From the NCBI GenBank assembly GCA_032718475.1, contig JAUCBJ010006752.1, positions 1 to 64,000 on the forward strand: DNA of 64,000 nt, written 5' to 3'. The position numbers and the translations under genes are program-made. Of this stretch, positions 11,491-24,015 are shown in pieces. Every line of letters begins with the position of its first letter. Position 1 is the stretch's first letter. Source of the DNA: Nemertoderma westbladi (Eukaryota; Animalia; Xenacoelomorpha). Under the pieces are notes generated by a model. That model ran no database searches. It worked only from the letters and a program-made list of their open reading frames with translations, and was not told the DNA's origin.

Positions 11491-13900
11491 ATTCCCATCT
11501 TCCCACATTCCGATCTCCCTACATTCCCATCTTCCTACATACCCACCCATCTTCCCACATTCCCACCCACCTTCCCATATTCCCATCTTCTCACATTCCC
11601 ATCCACCTTCCCATCTTCCTACATTCCCACCCACCTTCCCATATTCCCACTCACCTACCCACATTCCCATCCGCCTTCCCATATTCCCATCTTCCTACAT
11701 TCCCGCCTAACTTCCCACATTCCCATCCACCTTCCCGCATTCCCATCTTCCCACATTCCCAGCCATCTTCCCACATTCCCATCTTCCTACATTCCTACCC
11801 ACCTTCCCAACCACCTTCCCGCATTCCCATCTTCCTACTTTCCCGCCCAACTTCCCACATTCCCATCTACCTACATTCCCACCCACCTTCCCACATTCCC
11901 ATCTTCCCACATTCCCAGCCATCTTCCCACATTCCCATCTTCCTACATTCCTACCCACCTTCCCAACCACCTTCCCATCTTCCTACATTCCCGCCCAACT
12001 TCCCATCCACCTTCCCGTATTCCCATCTTCCCACATTCCTATCCATCTTCCCACATTCCCATCCATCTTCCTACATTCCCACCCAACTTCCCACATAACC
12101 ATCTTCATACATTCCCACCTACCTTCCCACATTCCCACTCTCCACATTCCCATCCACCTTCCCACATTGCCATCCACCTTCCCGCATTCCCATCTTCCTA
12201 TATTCCCACTCAACTTCCCACATAACCATCTTCCTACATTCCCACCCACCTTCCCACATTCCCATCCACCTTCCCGCATTCCCATCTTCCCACATTCCCA
12301 TCCACCTTCCCACCTTCCTACATTCCCACCCACCTCCCCACATTCCCATCTCCCCACATTTCCATCCACATTCCCATCCACATTACCATCTTCCAACATT
12401 CCCATCCACCTCCCCACCCACATTCCCATCTTCCCACATTTCCATCCACATTCCCGCATTCCCATCCACATTCCCATCTTCCTACGTTCCCACCAACCTT
12501 CCCACATTCCCATCCACCTTCCCACATTCACATCTTCCTACATTCCCACCCACCTTCCCACATTCCCATCTTCCTACATTCCCACCCACCATCCCATCTT
12601 CCCACATTCCCATCCACCTTCCCGCTTTCCCATCTTCACACATTCCCACCCACCTTCCCACTCACCTACCCACATACCCATCCGCCTCCCCATATTCCCA
12701 TCTTCCTACATTCCCGCCTAACTTCCCACATTCCCATCCACCTTCCCGCATTCCCATCTTCCCACATTCCCAGCCATCTTCCCACATTCCCATCTTCCTA
12801 CATTCCTACCCACCTTCCCAACCACCTTCCCGCATTCCCATCTTCCTACATTCCCGCCCAACTTCCCACATTCCCATCTACCTACATTCCCACCCACCTT
12901 CCCAACCACCTTCCCGCATTCCCATCTTCCTACATTCCCGCCCAACTTCCCACATTCCCATCTTCCTACCCACCTTCCCAACCACCTTCCCATCTTCCTA
13001 CATTCCCGCCCAACTTCCCATCCACCTTCCCGTATTCCCATCTTCCCACATTCCTATCCATCTTCCCACAGTCCCATCCATCTTCCTACATTCCCACCCA
13101 ACTTCCCACATAACCATCTTCATACATTCCCACCTACCTTCCCACATTCCCACTCTCCACATTCCCATCCACCTTCCCACATTGCCATCCACCTTCCCGC
13201 ATTTCCATCTTCCTATATTCCCACTCAACTTCCCACATAACCATCTTCCTACATTCCCACCCACCTTCCCACATTCCCATCCACCTTCCCGCATTCCCAT
13301 CTTCCCACATTCCCATCCACCTTCCCACCTTCCTACATTCCCACCCACCTCCCCACATTTCCATCTCCCCACATTTCCATCCACATTCCCATCCACATTA
13401 CCATCTTCCAACATTCCCATCCACCTCCCCACCCACATTCCCATCTTCCCACATTTCCATCCACATTCCCGCATTCCCATCCACATTCCCATCTTCCTAC
13501 ATTCCCACCAACCTTCCCACATTCCCATCCACCTTCCCACATTCACATCTTCCTACATTCCCACCCACCTTCCCACATTCCCATCTTCCTACATTCCCAC
13601 CCACCATCCCATCTTCCCACATTCCCATCCACCTTCCCGCTTTCCCATCTTCACACATTCCCATCCACCTTCCCATCTTCATACATTCCCACCCACCTTC
13701 CCATTTTCCGACATTCCCATCTACCCACATTCACATATTCCTACATTCCCACCCACCTTCCCATATTCCCACATACTCATCTTCCTACATTCCCAACTTC
13801 CTACATTCCCACCTTCCCGCCCACCTCCCTATCTCCCAACCTTCCTACCATCCCACCGACCAACCGACGAGCCACCCACCCATCTACCCACCCCTTCAAA
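11491..13900. repeat. C-rich low-complexity satellite (TTCCCAC/ATTCCCATC motifs) with a 1015-bp higher-order duplication
   Basis: Near-identical ORFs 11983-12531 / 12998-13546 and 12167 / 13182 are offset by 1015 bp. Confidence 0.95.
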
Positions 13901-14184
13901 CAAATGTTGACCCATTTTATTTCGACTTTCCTGGGCACTCTGGGAAAGTTCACATGGGCCTGTTTGTTTGTCAGCTAAAGGCTTCCAAGCGGGAATAGTT
14001 TGTCAGCTAAAGGCTTTCAAGCGGGAATAGTTAATAATAATCTGCAACTGTATTTGTTCATTGCGTAATCCTGGGAGTAATCTGGTCGAAAAAAATTGTC
14101 ATTACCGCAACGTTTAGCAAACGTAGAAATCTGATTGGGTGTTGTTATTTCCAATGCCGAAGCTAATAATTAGAAGACCGTTAG

Positions 14185-14637
14185 GACTTCTTACTGTAAA
14201 AGTATTCACTATGTATGTATCTATGTATATCGGGTGAACTCCTCCGAAGCTATAGCTGACGTCCGTCAATGGAAGTTATATCAATAGACGCAGCTCAACC
14301 CCAGGATGTGGAAAACAAAGTTTCGAAAAAAATTATCACAGTGTCTTATTTTATTTTGAAAAATAGCCCCAAAACACGAAAATTGCCATAGACGCAATGA
14401 TAGAAACACCAGCTGCTGGTGCTCATGGCGTGCCTAGTAAGCTACTACTATTGATTGAATGGATAGGCCCAAACTGCAGCGAAGTACATTACGTTTATCA
14501 TGAAGTTTATTACTATCTCACTCTATCCCAGACAACTCTCTCTCAGACTGTAAGAAAAGCTGTTCAATGGGGAGTTAAGCCTGCTTTAGCGAATATTACA
14601 AATTATACCCGCCCGCGAGGGCGGGTATTCCAGCTAG
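14185..14637 (+). mobile_element. Non-autonomous Helitron/Helentron-like element
   Basis: 3' hairpin ATACCCGCCC-gcga-GGGCGGGTAT (14605-14628), then CTAG|T at 14634-14638. Internal (TATG)n near 14210. 5' end uncertain. Confidence 0.55.
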
Positions 14638-15213
14638 TAATTATTAATTGTAGTAAAAATAGGCCTACACGATCCATAGCACATGTCGTTAAGGACGTTT
14701 TTGGAAAGTACGTTTTCTCTCAGTGCTGCCTCATGCTGGGATCGAACAAGGGCCTCCTGAGTGGAAGCACAGGAATGTCAACCACTAGACAAAGTTGCTG
14801 CTTGGTGTCTTATACAATGACACCTGCACAGTATTCTGGTTTAGGTACCTTCTTCAATGTTGGTGACACATCAATTTAAAAAAAGAGACACATGCTCTAC
14901 TGCTGTCCGTAATAAATATACCTTCAGAGAAAGTATGATTTCGGATGACTCCCATATGCTTAATTTATTTAAGACAAACTATATAGGATATAACAATAAT
15001 TAATTCAGTACTTAAAATTATCATTGAATGAAGAAACGGTGTATAATTTAATTTGAATGTTATGGAGTAACTAAAACGAATCTACATAAATGTCGTTATA
15101 TTTACGGTTTATAATTGTGGATAGCTGGATGTGGATGAAACAATATTTTTTAGACCTGCATTAAAACTCCATTATTATCACCATCAATCCTAACAAACTC
15201 TACAGCGGCAACC

Positions 15214-15837
15214 CTAAATTAACCTATTACCCAAGTACTTAGTATACTTGTATTTATGAGCAAGTTGAGGCCATTGCACAATAAAGTCATCTACAATCCA
15301 ACGTACGATATTCCCAGACAGAGATAAAGTCTCCACACGACATATACTCTCAACGTAAACCAATCTGGCTGGATTGGTCACTTTCAGCAAGAATCCGGCC
15401 AATAGCATTGGCACACAGGTGCCGGGCCCGTTGGTGATAATAACTCTGGGTCTCAACCGCAATATTAAACGGATACTATGAATAAACGCCAGAGTGAATG
15501 CGTATCCGATCTTTAGTACTCCAGTCTCTCCGACTTGCCGACAACGAGATATGATTTCCACCGTCCATTCCGTATTTTTTCCGGCCAACGACGTCTCCAT
15601 ATCTCGGAGTTTATCCCCGCTGAAGGTGTCCGTGTTAGCGATGACGTAATGTCTAGGCGCGTATTTCTTCGGATCCAAACTTAGAACGAGTTTCAACATT
15701 TCGGCTGTGTGACCCCCGGATCCGAGGACTATAACGCAAGTAACCGGAGGAGTTGTTCTAGTTGGAACAGGTTTCCGCGTGCCGATATACAAGGCGAGTA
15801 TAACGGGAGCAGCTATGAGAAACAACGTCAACAACAT
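15214..15837 (-). CDS. ALG14: UDP-N-acetylglucosamine transferase subunit ALG14, intronless CDS
   Basis: N-terminal TM segment, VLGSGGHTAEM, YVIANTDTFS, RPRVIITNGPGTCVP, VYVESICRVETLSLSG, FIVQWPQL. ATG at 15837. Confidence 0.95.
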   Translation of the reverse strand: MLLTLFLIAAPVILALYIGTRKPVPTRTTPPVTCVIVLGSGGHTAEMLKLVLSLDPKKYAPRHYVIANTDTFSGDKLRDMETSLAGKNTEWTVEIISRCRQVGETGVLKIGYAFTLAFIHSIRLILRLRPRVIITNGPGTCVPMLLAGFLLKVTNPARLVYVESICRVETLSLSGNIVRWIVDDFIVQWPQLAHKYKYTKYLGNRLI

Positions 15838-16464
15838 TGTCTTCTCCTCGAAATAAACTTGTATTAAATAATTTCGTTCGACTATATTGTATATCACTGT
15901 ATTTTATAAATAGTATAAAAGGTTTTATGAGAAATTAATAATTATAGTGCGAAGAGTTATGATTAACTTTAACGAATCTGACATCACATTAAATATATTG
16001 ACAATATTCAGAAAGTTACATCGTCTTGTTTTACAAGTACTATTATAAACCAGCAAGCAGTTTGTTTGTTTGAAATTACAGTTTTGTATTTTATTGTTAA
16101 ATTACGAGCTAATGACGCAAAATGACCGCAAACACCAACTAGAGTGTTGAGGGTTTAAAAACTTTATTTAATTTGAAACAGCAAATAAAAGGTTCTGATA
16201 AAAGTGGTGGTGTTTTCTACCCAAAACAATAAACCATAATGTGATACTTTATTTCATTTGCGGTCAATTTGAGCCACGATCTACAACAATTAAAAGTTTA
16301 TTTTGTAGTAAAGTGGCGATGCCTTATTTTTTTCAGTAACAAGAAATTAATTCATTTGATATTATTAGACGGTTTTATACTGTCGTTGTCGTAATAAACA
16401 ATAATGAAAGATAACACCAAGACAAATGTAATCACTACAGAGTCACACCATCGTAAACAATAAT

Positions 16465-19233
16465 TCACTTATTTAACTTGCGGTTATCGGTAGACTTTAT
16501 GAACTCTTTGATGCCCGCCACATCCCTGTCCAACCAATCGGCTCTCATGCGAACCGACTCCACTACCTGCTCCACAGTACGGGCCACCGTCTGGGTTGGA
16601 TTCGCAGCGAAGAAATCCCGACAACGATCAGCCCGCTCGTGCGACGCGAAACTCGCGTAACCGCAGCGCACAAAGGACGCGACGGTGGACGCGGCCGTCT
16701 GCGAGAACCTACCCCGCAACTCGGTCCAACGAGATTCAACAAACCGACAAACTTCTTCCTGTCCGACGCGACTTCCACAACAACCGGACAACCCGGACAC
16801 CAAATCCTGATTGCGTACGTCCGGTCCGACACTGAATTCTAGAACGTCCAAAATTAATTCCGGATTCTCAGTCGACCCTAAACTGTGGAGGATTCGATCC
16901 TGTTCTTCGGCGTTATCTGACTGTTTAAACAATCTCTTCAACTGGTCAACTTCATTAGCTCCTCCGTGTTTAACAGCTGTTCGCATCACCGCAACCTGAA
17001 GGTCTGCAGGAATTATAGCGTTACCTAGGCAATGAGCTTCGAAGTCAGACGCCGCTCTGGTAACCGCATCGGAATGACCGCAGTTCCCCAGACATTGAAT
17101 AACAGAAGCTCTTAGCATCCTGGTTTCCGGGGAATCATTCTCGCGGGTTACCCAGCCTAGGATCTCATAAACTCCGCTTAAAACTTCTTTACAGAATTCC
17201 TCGTAAAGTCCCGGTAGTTTGGTATCCTCGGCGTAACTCAGTAACGCCGCCAGCTGATTGGCCGCCGATATGAGATTGCCCCAGACTATGTGGGACGTCT
17301 CGTCTCTGTAAACCCGCATTAGTCTAAGGAAATCAACAGTTGGGATGTAGCCGGCCTTAGCCAATGCGAATACATCGTTCTGTAGACTAAACCTGTCCGC
17401 TACACTAAACTTCGCGTCGGGGCTGTAAAGATTAGCGAGAAGGGTTTCCAATGTGTCACTCGTGTATCGCGACCTATAGAACCCAATACAATCAGGGTTT
17501 AATTTAACCCACTGCGTTTTGTCTGGCAAGACAACAACGTGCGTCTTTTTTGTCATAAGACTCGATATTATTTCGCCACCGCTGCATTTAAACGACAATG
17601 GAATGTTCCATAAGGCTTCAGACTCTTTCTTCCCACCCGTGACAAACTTATTCTGTTCAAAATACGCGGAATTGCCTTTCAGTGATACAGAAACGATAGG
17701 AAATCCGACTTGTTTAGTCCAGCTGTCCATAATCGCTTTAATGCTATCACCCGAATTATCTTCTACACTTTTGGCGCTGACGACGCATTGCAAACTCTTC
17801 CACAAGTCATCAGTTGTGGCATTCGCGTATTCATGTTTACGCAAATAGGTATGTAAACCTTCTCTAAATATATCGGTGCCGAGGTAGTCTCGAAGCATTC
17901 TGATCACCGCAGATCCTTTATTATATGAGATGCTATCGAATATTTCGTCTACTTCGTGAGCTCGGTTCACTGTAACTTCTATTGGATGGCTGTTGTCCAG
18001 GGCATCTAGGCTAATTCCCCTGCTATAGGTGAACAAGAACTCATCCCAAATATTGTATTCCGGGTAGCATTGATCCACTATGGTGAACTCCATTAGAGAA
18101 GCGAACCCCTCATTGAGCCACAGGTCGGTCCACCATTCCATCGTGACGAGATTACCGAACCACTGGTGGGACACCTCGTGTGCCACGGTTAGTGCCACGT
18201 TGTGCAGACAATCAGTGGATGTCTTTTTATCGTCAACAAGGATACACTCGTCTCGGAAGGTTATTAACCCCCAATTCTCCATGGCGCCCGATTCAAAATC
18301 CGCAACGGCAACCAAGTCGCACTTCTTCAAGGGACAATCAATTCCGAAATATTTCTCGCAAAGAGGTAAAGACTTTAGTGCGACTTCCAAAGCAAAGTTA
18401 CCCTGATCCACCTTATCTTTGGTCGCATATACTCTAATCTCAACGCCTTTTGCCGTTGTACCAGAGATATAAGCGATATCTGCCACTACAAAGGCCACCA
18501 AATACGTAGACATTATAGGCGTACGCATAAAGGTAACAGACTTTTTATCATTCCGTTGGGTTTCCCGTAGAACCGGCGTATTCGACAAGGCAGTATAGTG
18601 TTTGGGTGTTGTCAAGGTGATATCGAAAGTGGCTTTGATTGCCGGTTCGTCCCAACATGGGAACGCTGACCTCGCGTGCACCGGTTCGAATTGCGTGACG
18701 GCCATGTACTGCGACTCGGAGAGTTTACTGCGATAGAAACCTCTCATGAAATCGTTGAGTATTCCATGATACTCGAAGAATAACTTCCCACTGCCAACAG
18801 GGAACTCTTCCTCAAAACTGAAAGTAATTGTTTCACTTTCAGAATCAATCAACGTGTTTATAGAGGCGTTTGTTTTTCCATGTTTGTTGGTGAAAGTGCA
18901 GGTTTTTATGGTTAGATCGTGGCCATTAATAGTCACATTACGTGTGTTTCCGTCGACTACAACATCAATCTGGGCTTCCCCGTAGAAAATAGTCTCCTCA
19001 GGATTTACATCTATTCCTATTGTGTAATGGAAAGGTTTCACTTCTAAACCTAACCGCGATCCTTTAGCAGAAGCCATTGCAGATGCAGGTGATACCAATG
19101 TGTGTATATTGTTAAAGAGTGTTGGAATAATAGCTTGTCTGATTGGGGCTCTTGTGATGCGAGAACTTATCGGATAACCTGATAAGTGGCTCCGTGGGAT
19201 TCCTGGTATCAGATTCCAGATGCTACGAAACAT
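16465..19233 (-). CDS. NPEPPS: Puromycin-sensitive aminopeptidase-like M1 metallopeptidase, intronless CDS
   Basis: TQFEP..AR.AFPCWDEPAIKATF, GAMENWGL, HEVSHQWFGNLVTMEWWTDLWLNEGFA (HExxH-x18-E), ERAP1-C-like tail, no signal anchor. ATGs at 19233 and 19077. Confidence 0.9.
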   Translation of the reverse strand: MFRSIWNLIPGIPRSHLSGYPISSRITRAPIRQAIIPTLFNNIHTLVSPASAMASAKGSRLGLEVKPFHYTIGIDVNPEETIFYGEAQIDVVVDGNTRNVTINGHDLTIKTCTFTNKHGKTNASINTLIDSESETITFSFEEEFPVGSGKLFFEYHGILNDFMRGFYRSKLSESQYMAVTQFEPVHARSAFPCWDEPAIKATFDITLTTPKHYTALSNTPVLRETQRNDKKSVTFMRTPIMSTYLVAFVVADIAYISGTTAKGVEIRVYATKDKVDQGNFALEVALKSLPLCEKYFGIDCPLKKCDLVAVADFESGAMENWGLITFRDECILVDDKKTSTDCLHNVALTVAHEVSHQWFGNLVTMEWWTDLWLNEGFASLMEFTIVDQCYPEYNIWDEFLFTYSRGISLDALDNSHPIEVTVNRAHEVDEIFDSISYNKGSAVIRMLRDYLGTDIFREGLHTYLRKHEYANATTDDLWKSLQCVVSAKSVEDNSGDSIKAIMDSWTKQVGFPIVSVSLKGNSAYFEQNKFVTGGKKESEALWNIPLSFKCSGGEIISSLMTKKTHVVVLPDKTQWVKLNPDCIGFYRSRYTSDTLETLLANLYSPDAKFSVADRFSLQNDVFALAKAGYIPTVDFLRLMRVYRDETSHIVWGNLISAANQLAALLSYAEDTKLPGLYEEFCKEVLSGVYEILGWVTRENDSPETRMLRASVIQCLGNCGHSDAVTRAASDFEAHCLGNAIIPADLQVAVMRTAVKHGGANEVDQLKRLFKQSDNAEEQDRILHSLGSTENPELILDVLEFSVGPDVRNQDLVSGLSGCCGSRVGQEEVCRFVESRWTELRGRFSQTAASTVASFVRCGYASFASHERADRCRDFFAANPTQTVARTVEQVVESVRMRADWLDRDVAGIKEFIKSTDNRKLNK

Positions 19234-20779
19234 CAAAACAATATAGAGAAATAACAACGCGTTGAAATAAATGTATCACTCAATAATTGTATCTAAGTTG
19301 TACAATTGAGAATAATATATTATTTATAACGGAATAATATCTAACGCGGTATAATAAACTGAATGGATGCACATTATTTTATCTAAGAAATAAAGTAAAA
19401 CGGTGACAGTGAGTATTAGTATTAGTTAGATATGTTCCCTAGAATTCATCAGTGGAATTGAGAAAAACTGATGCCGCTGTATATTTGATAAAACACAATC
19501 AGAAAGAACGCTAATACCACTAGTTTCAGATTTCCGATGTTGATATATTCTGCTTTCGTGTATTGCGATTTCCACTCCTTTCAGTATCTTTTAGTGCTCC
19601 ATCACTCGTGTTAAATACCTAACCTTTAAAAAAAGGTCTTATAAAAGTTAATTGCAATGTTTTTTTTATTGAATAAAAAATATTTGTTACTGTTGAATTT
19701 TATTCGGTATTGATGCGTGATGGTGTTCTTAAATAATAATTATATTTCTCAATTCCACCAAAACACAAATTAATAAAACATATTAGTATAGTGTTACTGC
19801 AATTATTATAAAAAAGTGATTAAAATAACGAAGATGTAGCTCAACTCCATATAGAAAGAGTCAGTAATAACATCGGTTGACCATGTAATGATTGTACTGC
19901 AGTCCCCCCACCTATGTGTTTAAACCGCGCTACTGGTAACAGTTTAACTTCACTTTCACGTGCTTGTCTTAATTAAATTAAATAATTAAATGTATATTCA
20001 AATATCTCAAACTTTTATTTACGACAAATATGATATAAAATATTAAGAAACTTCATAACATCATAAGTAATAAAGACCGAAAGAATTTATATTGATTACT
20101 CTAAACTTTATTACAACACTGCGAGCCGAGTTTACTCAATAATTATATTTATTGTTATATTTGCCTTTCTGTGCCACTCTTCTGGAGAAATTTGAAAAAT
20201 GAAAGGTTGCTCTTTATATCCTGGTGGGTGAAAAAAAAGAGTCGCATAAAAGTAGAAATGAAATACAGCCATAAATAAATGAAAAATAAACTCCGCTTTC
20301 CGTGGTTGCAATTATTTGAAGCTAAATTCTCATTGATTCCAACTCGCCCTTGTAATTTTTCTAAATATATGATGACTTGGTTATAAAACATAATTAATTA
20401 ATCCTAACAAAAGGGTCAATGAGAAAAAAAAGTTCATAGTGGAGGAAAAGGAAATTTAAGAATAAAATAATGTAGGCCTATAACAATAACAGTATAAGTA
20501 ACTGCATGTCTGGGTCAGCGGAAAAAAACATGTTTGTTTTAATGTAATAAATAGTTAGTTATTTTAACTAGAAAATGTTACACGATAATAATACAGAAAT
20601 GGAAGAGGCAAAGGTAAACGTCAGTCATACAGTAAACCTCGATAATAAAAAAAACATAACGCGTTCATAAAAAATTCAATCTTTCTCCACACTGGGCAGT
20701 GTAATGTTAATTAATAACCTGCAAACTTTTCAGATTGGCTGAACCATTTATTCGAATAATAATAAACAACTGATCCCAG

Positions 20780-21259
20780 TTACTCCACATAATCCAACGG
20801 CCTATTAAACCCGCCCCTTCGGTTCATATACTGCCGGTATTTCCGTTTCACATGGATATTAACAGCTTCCGATTTCTGGTTGGTACTGACGCGTTTCCCT
20901 TTAGTGGAAACGAATCCACTGAACCCCATAACCGCGGCCATGCTGCGTTCTTCGGGACTCATAAACTCATTCTGAGTCTCAGAGAGTTTTATTATCTCTG
21001 GATTGGTCGGACCAGCGGTGAACTTAACTTCCTCGGCTTCTGATTGGCTGGATGAGGAACTGCGTCTGCGGCGGTACGGCGACCAGCTGCGGGAGCGACT
21101 GCGATGTGAGCGCGACGGCGGGCTGCGGCTGCTACGACGCCGATGGTGGTGGCGGCGGTGGTGGCGGTCCTCCTCAACGCCACCGTGACGTCGGGGGGAG
21201 CGACTCCGGTGGCGGTGGCGTTTCTCGCGAGATCCAGATCGCGATCTGTGTCGAGGCAT
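20780..21259 (-). CDS. SNRNP27: U4/U6.U5 tri-snRNP 27-kDa protein, intronless CDS
   Basis: RS-rich N-terminus, then MGFSGFVSTKGK...KRKYRQYMNRRGGFNRPLDY. ATG at 21259. Confidence 0.95.
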   Translation of the reverse strand: MPRHRSRSGSREKRHRHRSRSPRRHGGVEEDRHHRRHHHRRRSSRSPPSRSHRSRSRSWSPYRRRRSSSSSQSEAEEVKFTAGPTNPEIIKLSETQNEFMSPEERSMAAVMGFSGFVSTKGKRVSTNQKSEAVNIHVKRKYRQYMNRRGGFNRPLDYVE

Positions 21260-22504
21260 CTCTGCCAACAGACCGATACCGGTACCTACCTACCGCTACG
21301 TTAGTGCACCAGACGTTATTCCTGTATTCTGGTATTGTAAGCCTATGCCGGTGAGATATGATATACATACAGTAAGTCAGAAGTATACAGTAAGTAAATG
21401 TCTGTACTGCTGTATGTTGTCAGGTTGTAGAGCTGGGCTATGCCTACTCTGCTAATAGATGCCTTGAGCCTTGCTGCCTTGGTTTGGCAGTTTGGTCCTG
21501 GCGCTGGGTATAACTTTTGCGTAGAGGTACGGTACGTATAGATAGCCTACATAGAGCCATAGAGGATGTAGGTAGGTGTAGCCTACATGTAGATGCACGT
21601 TTAGGGTGAATGTAGGTAGGTCTTTAAAAACAACAATGATGAATAGGCCTACGGTGAACACGGGTTACCCGGACCGGAACTTAAATATCCCATAGTGGTT
21701 TATGTAGTTAAAGTGGCTCTCTATGCTCTAGTTAGGGTTTGACTAAATTACTAAATAGGCCACCGACAAGCAACAACCACTGACACCTTTCGAATACCAC
21801 CGACAACCATAGCCACAACAAAAGACACAAACCGACTGGTAAAATCGCAAACCGACAGTATACCGACAACTACAGTATTTCAGTACATGATTATACAATT
21901 TTAATTTCCAATCCAAATATTTATAACAAAGTATATTGTCCACTGTCGGCCTGTTATCGGTGGTGTAACCAGTCACCATACTGTAATTTCTTTAAAATAT
22001 AATACCGCCTTCATAAATTATCTGATTTAAATCATTATTGCATAACGTAGTGGTTGAAATCATAAACGTTTTTCATATGTCAGTGTGTTGCTATTTATTA
22101 GTTTTTATCGGTGGTAGTCAAGACTGTTGTCGGTGGTATACTGCTGCGGTTTCCGTTCCTGTACTCTGACATACAGTACAGTAAGATACAATGCCGAAAT
22201 GTATTACTTTACATATACTGTAGCTGCACAATTGTGTGCAGTAGGGCCTAATTGGGATTTACCTACACGACATGACATGAACATGAAGGAAGTGAAACAT
22301 GAAATAACTAACTAACTAACACACTAAATGAACAAAAAAAAAATGAACACTTATAACTATTATCAACCCTTTCGTTATCCCCTATAACCGAGGTTCATAT
22401 TGTACCGTTGGATTTTCGTAAGCACTAAGGACGAAAGTGTCCGTTTATTTTTGTTACTGTGGCCTTTGCTTTAAAACTTTGCCTTAACTGGCTTTAAAAA
22501 TTAT

Positions 22505-24015
22505 TGATGTAATATAATGTTTTTATTCTTAAATTGTTACTTTTTCGATCGAATATACCCCAAAATCGGGAGAAAAAGTTTCACTTTTTTTCCCTGGGAA
22601 AAAAAGTAACCCATAGGATTGCATTGATTTTACTTGTTTTCGCGGCGAAAAAAGTAAATTAAAATATTTTTGGTGGAATTTCTTAAATTGTATTACTTAT
22701 ATTACATATATTGAAAGAGCATCGACGTAGAAAAGGTTTGCAAGTAATTTGAGCAAAATCCATGCACGCACTCAAAAGTTATTGCAACTTTTAGTGTCTG
22801 TGCGGCGTACTCCAAAACGAAACTCAATATCCAATATTGGTTTAAGTTGTTAAGCGGCTCTCTAGTTACGTAATAAATATTCGTGAACACTAAATTATTG
22901 TAACATTGAGTAAGGCAACATCGAGAGTTGAAGAGTACAGTAATTTGAATAGCAGTAACTATGGAAGCAATATAGAGAAAATACTGCAGTTAAATTTAAT
23001 TTTTAACACAACTGTACTTGCGTAGTATATCGCTATGTTTTATTAACGGTTGGAGCGGAGCTGATTCAATTTTATACTAGTTAAAGCATACTCAGGTGTA
23101 CTCAAGTACCCCTGAGAAATTAATTCATATTCCTATAGAAAGACACTGGTATACAGTCGTTTCGGCTTAGGACGTTTCGGTCCAGGACGTTTCGGTCTGG
23201 ACGATTCGGTCCGGACGTTTTGGCCCATGACTACAACGCAACTGAAAGAAAAGACCATGTTATTTGATTATATGACAATAATTATTCATTAAAGTTAGAC
23301 TTATTTCATAATAACATACAAACAAGTAAGTGTTGTTAAGTCTTAATGAAATATCTTTTATGAAAAGGCTATTTAATTTACCTTTACAGTATTACAAAAG
23401 GTCAGGTTCTACATGTATAACCGTATATCACACATTCTGGGACAGGCGATAATCTATGAATAATAGCGATTGGAGGTTAAACATTAGTCCTATTTAAAAT
23501 AATTAATGGGTATTATAATTAAAAGTTTAAAGTATCAAAATTATATGTACATAATCTTCTACATATTACATTGTGTCGACTAAACTTTATAATTGACTTA
23601 TAAGGGAGTAAAGTGAATCTTTGGGCCAAAACGTCCGACAAGCAAATATTATATTTAACTCATTGGGCCGAAACGTCCTAAGCCAAAACGTCTTAGACCG
23701 AAACGTCTGTTACCTAAAAAGACTACTGTACAAAGTTGAACTTTAGGATGAGCTTTGGGACATTGAACGTTATTGAACATTTACTGTAGTATTTCGCTGT
23801 TTTATTAAATAATTGAGCAACAAAAAGTTCCAATTCAAGAATAAAATTACGTATTACATGAGAAAAAAAGCGTAGAACATTATTTTTTTCAATATTCTCT
23901 CGACCCTTCATTTACCTCTCTGACGCTCGGTAAATAAAATACCTCGAGAATAAGGAAAAAAGTTCTACATTTTTTTCCATGTAATAAATAATTATTTGTA
24001 ATAAATCAATAATTG
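22505..24015. repeat. Interspersed repeat family A copy, interrupted by a MITE
   Basis: 22510-23020 and 23800-24010 align by eye with 28095-28780 and 1330-1690. Confidence 0.7.
23148..23714. mobile_element. MITE with subterminal GGACGTTTCGG repeats
   Basis: Left end has tandem gacgtttcggtcc; right end has the reverse complement ccgaaacgtc. Termini ggta...tacc. Confidence 0.7.

Noticed and set aside
11467-13910. Pro/His-rich and Gly/Trp-rich ORFs
   Set aside because: Low-complexity C-rich satellite that lacks stop codons by composition.
14397-14879. 160-aa ORF
   Set aside because: It spans a Helitron-like 3' end and a degenerate SINE head, with no protein motifs.
16478-18437. Short antisense or alternate-frame ORFs over the aminopeptidase (similarly over SNRNP27, CENP-C and 62137-62545)
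   Set aside because: Shadow ORFs of real CDSs with no recognisable motifs.
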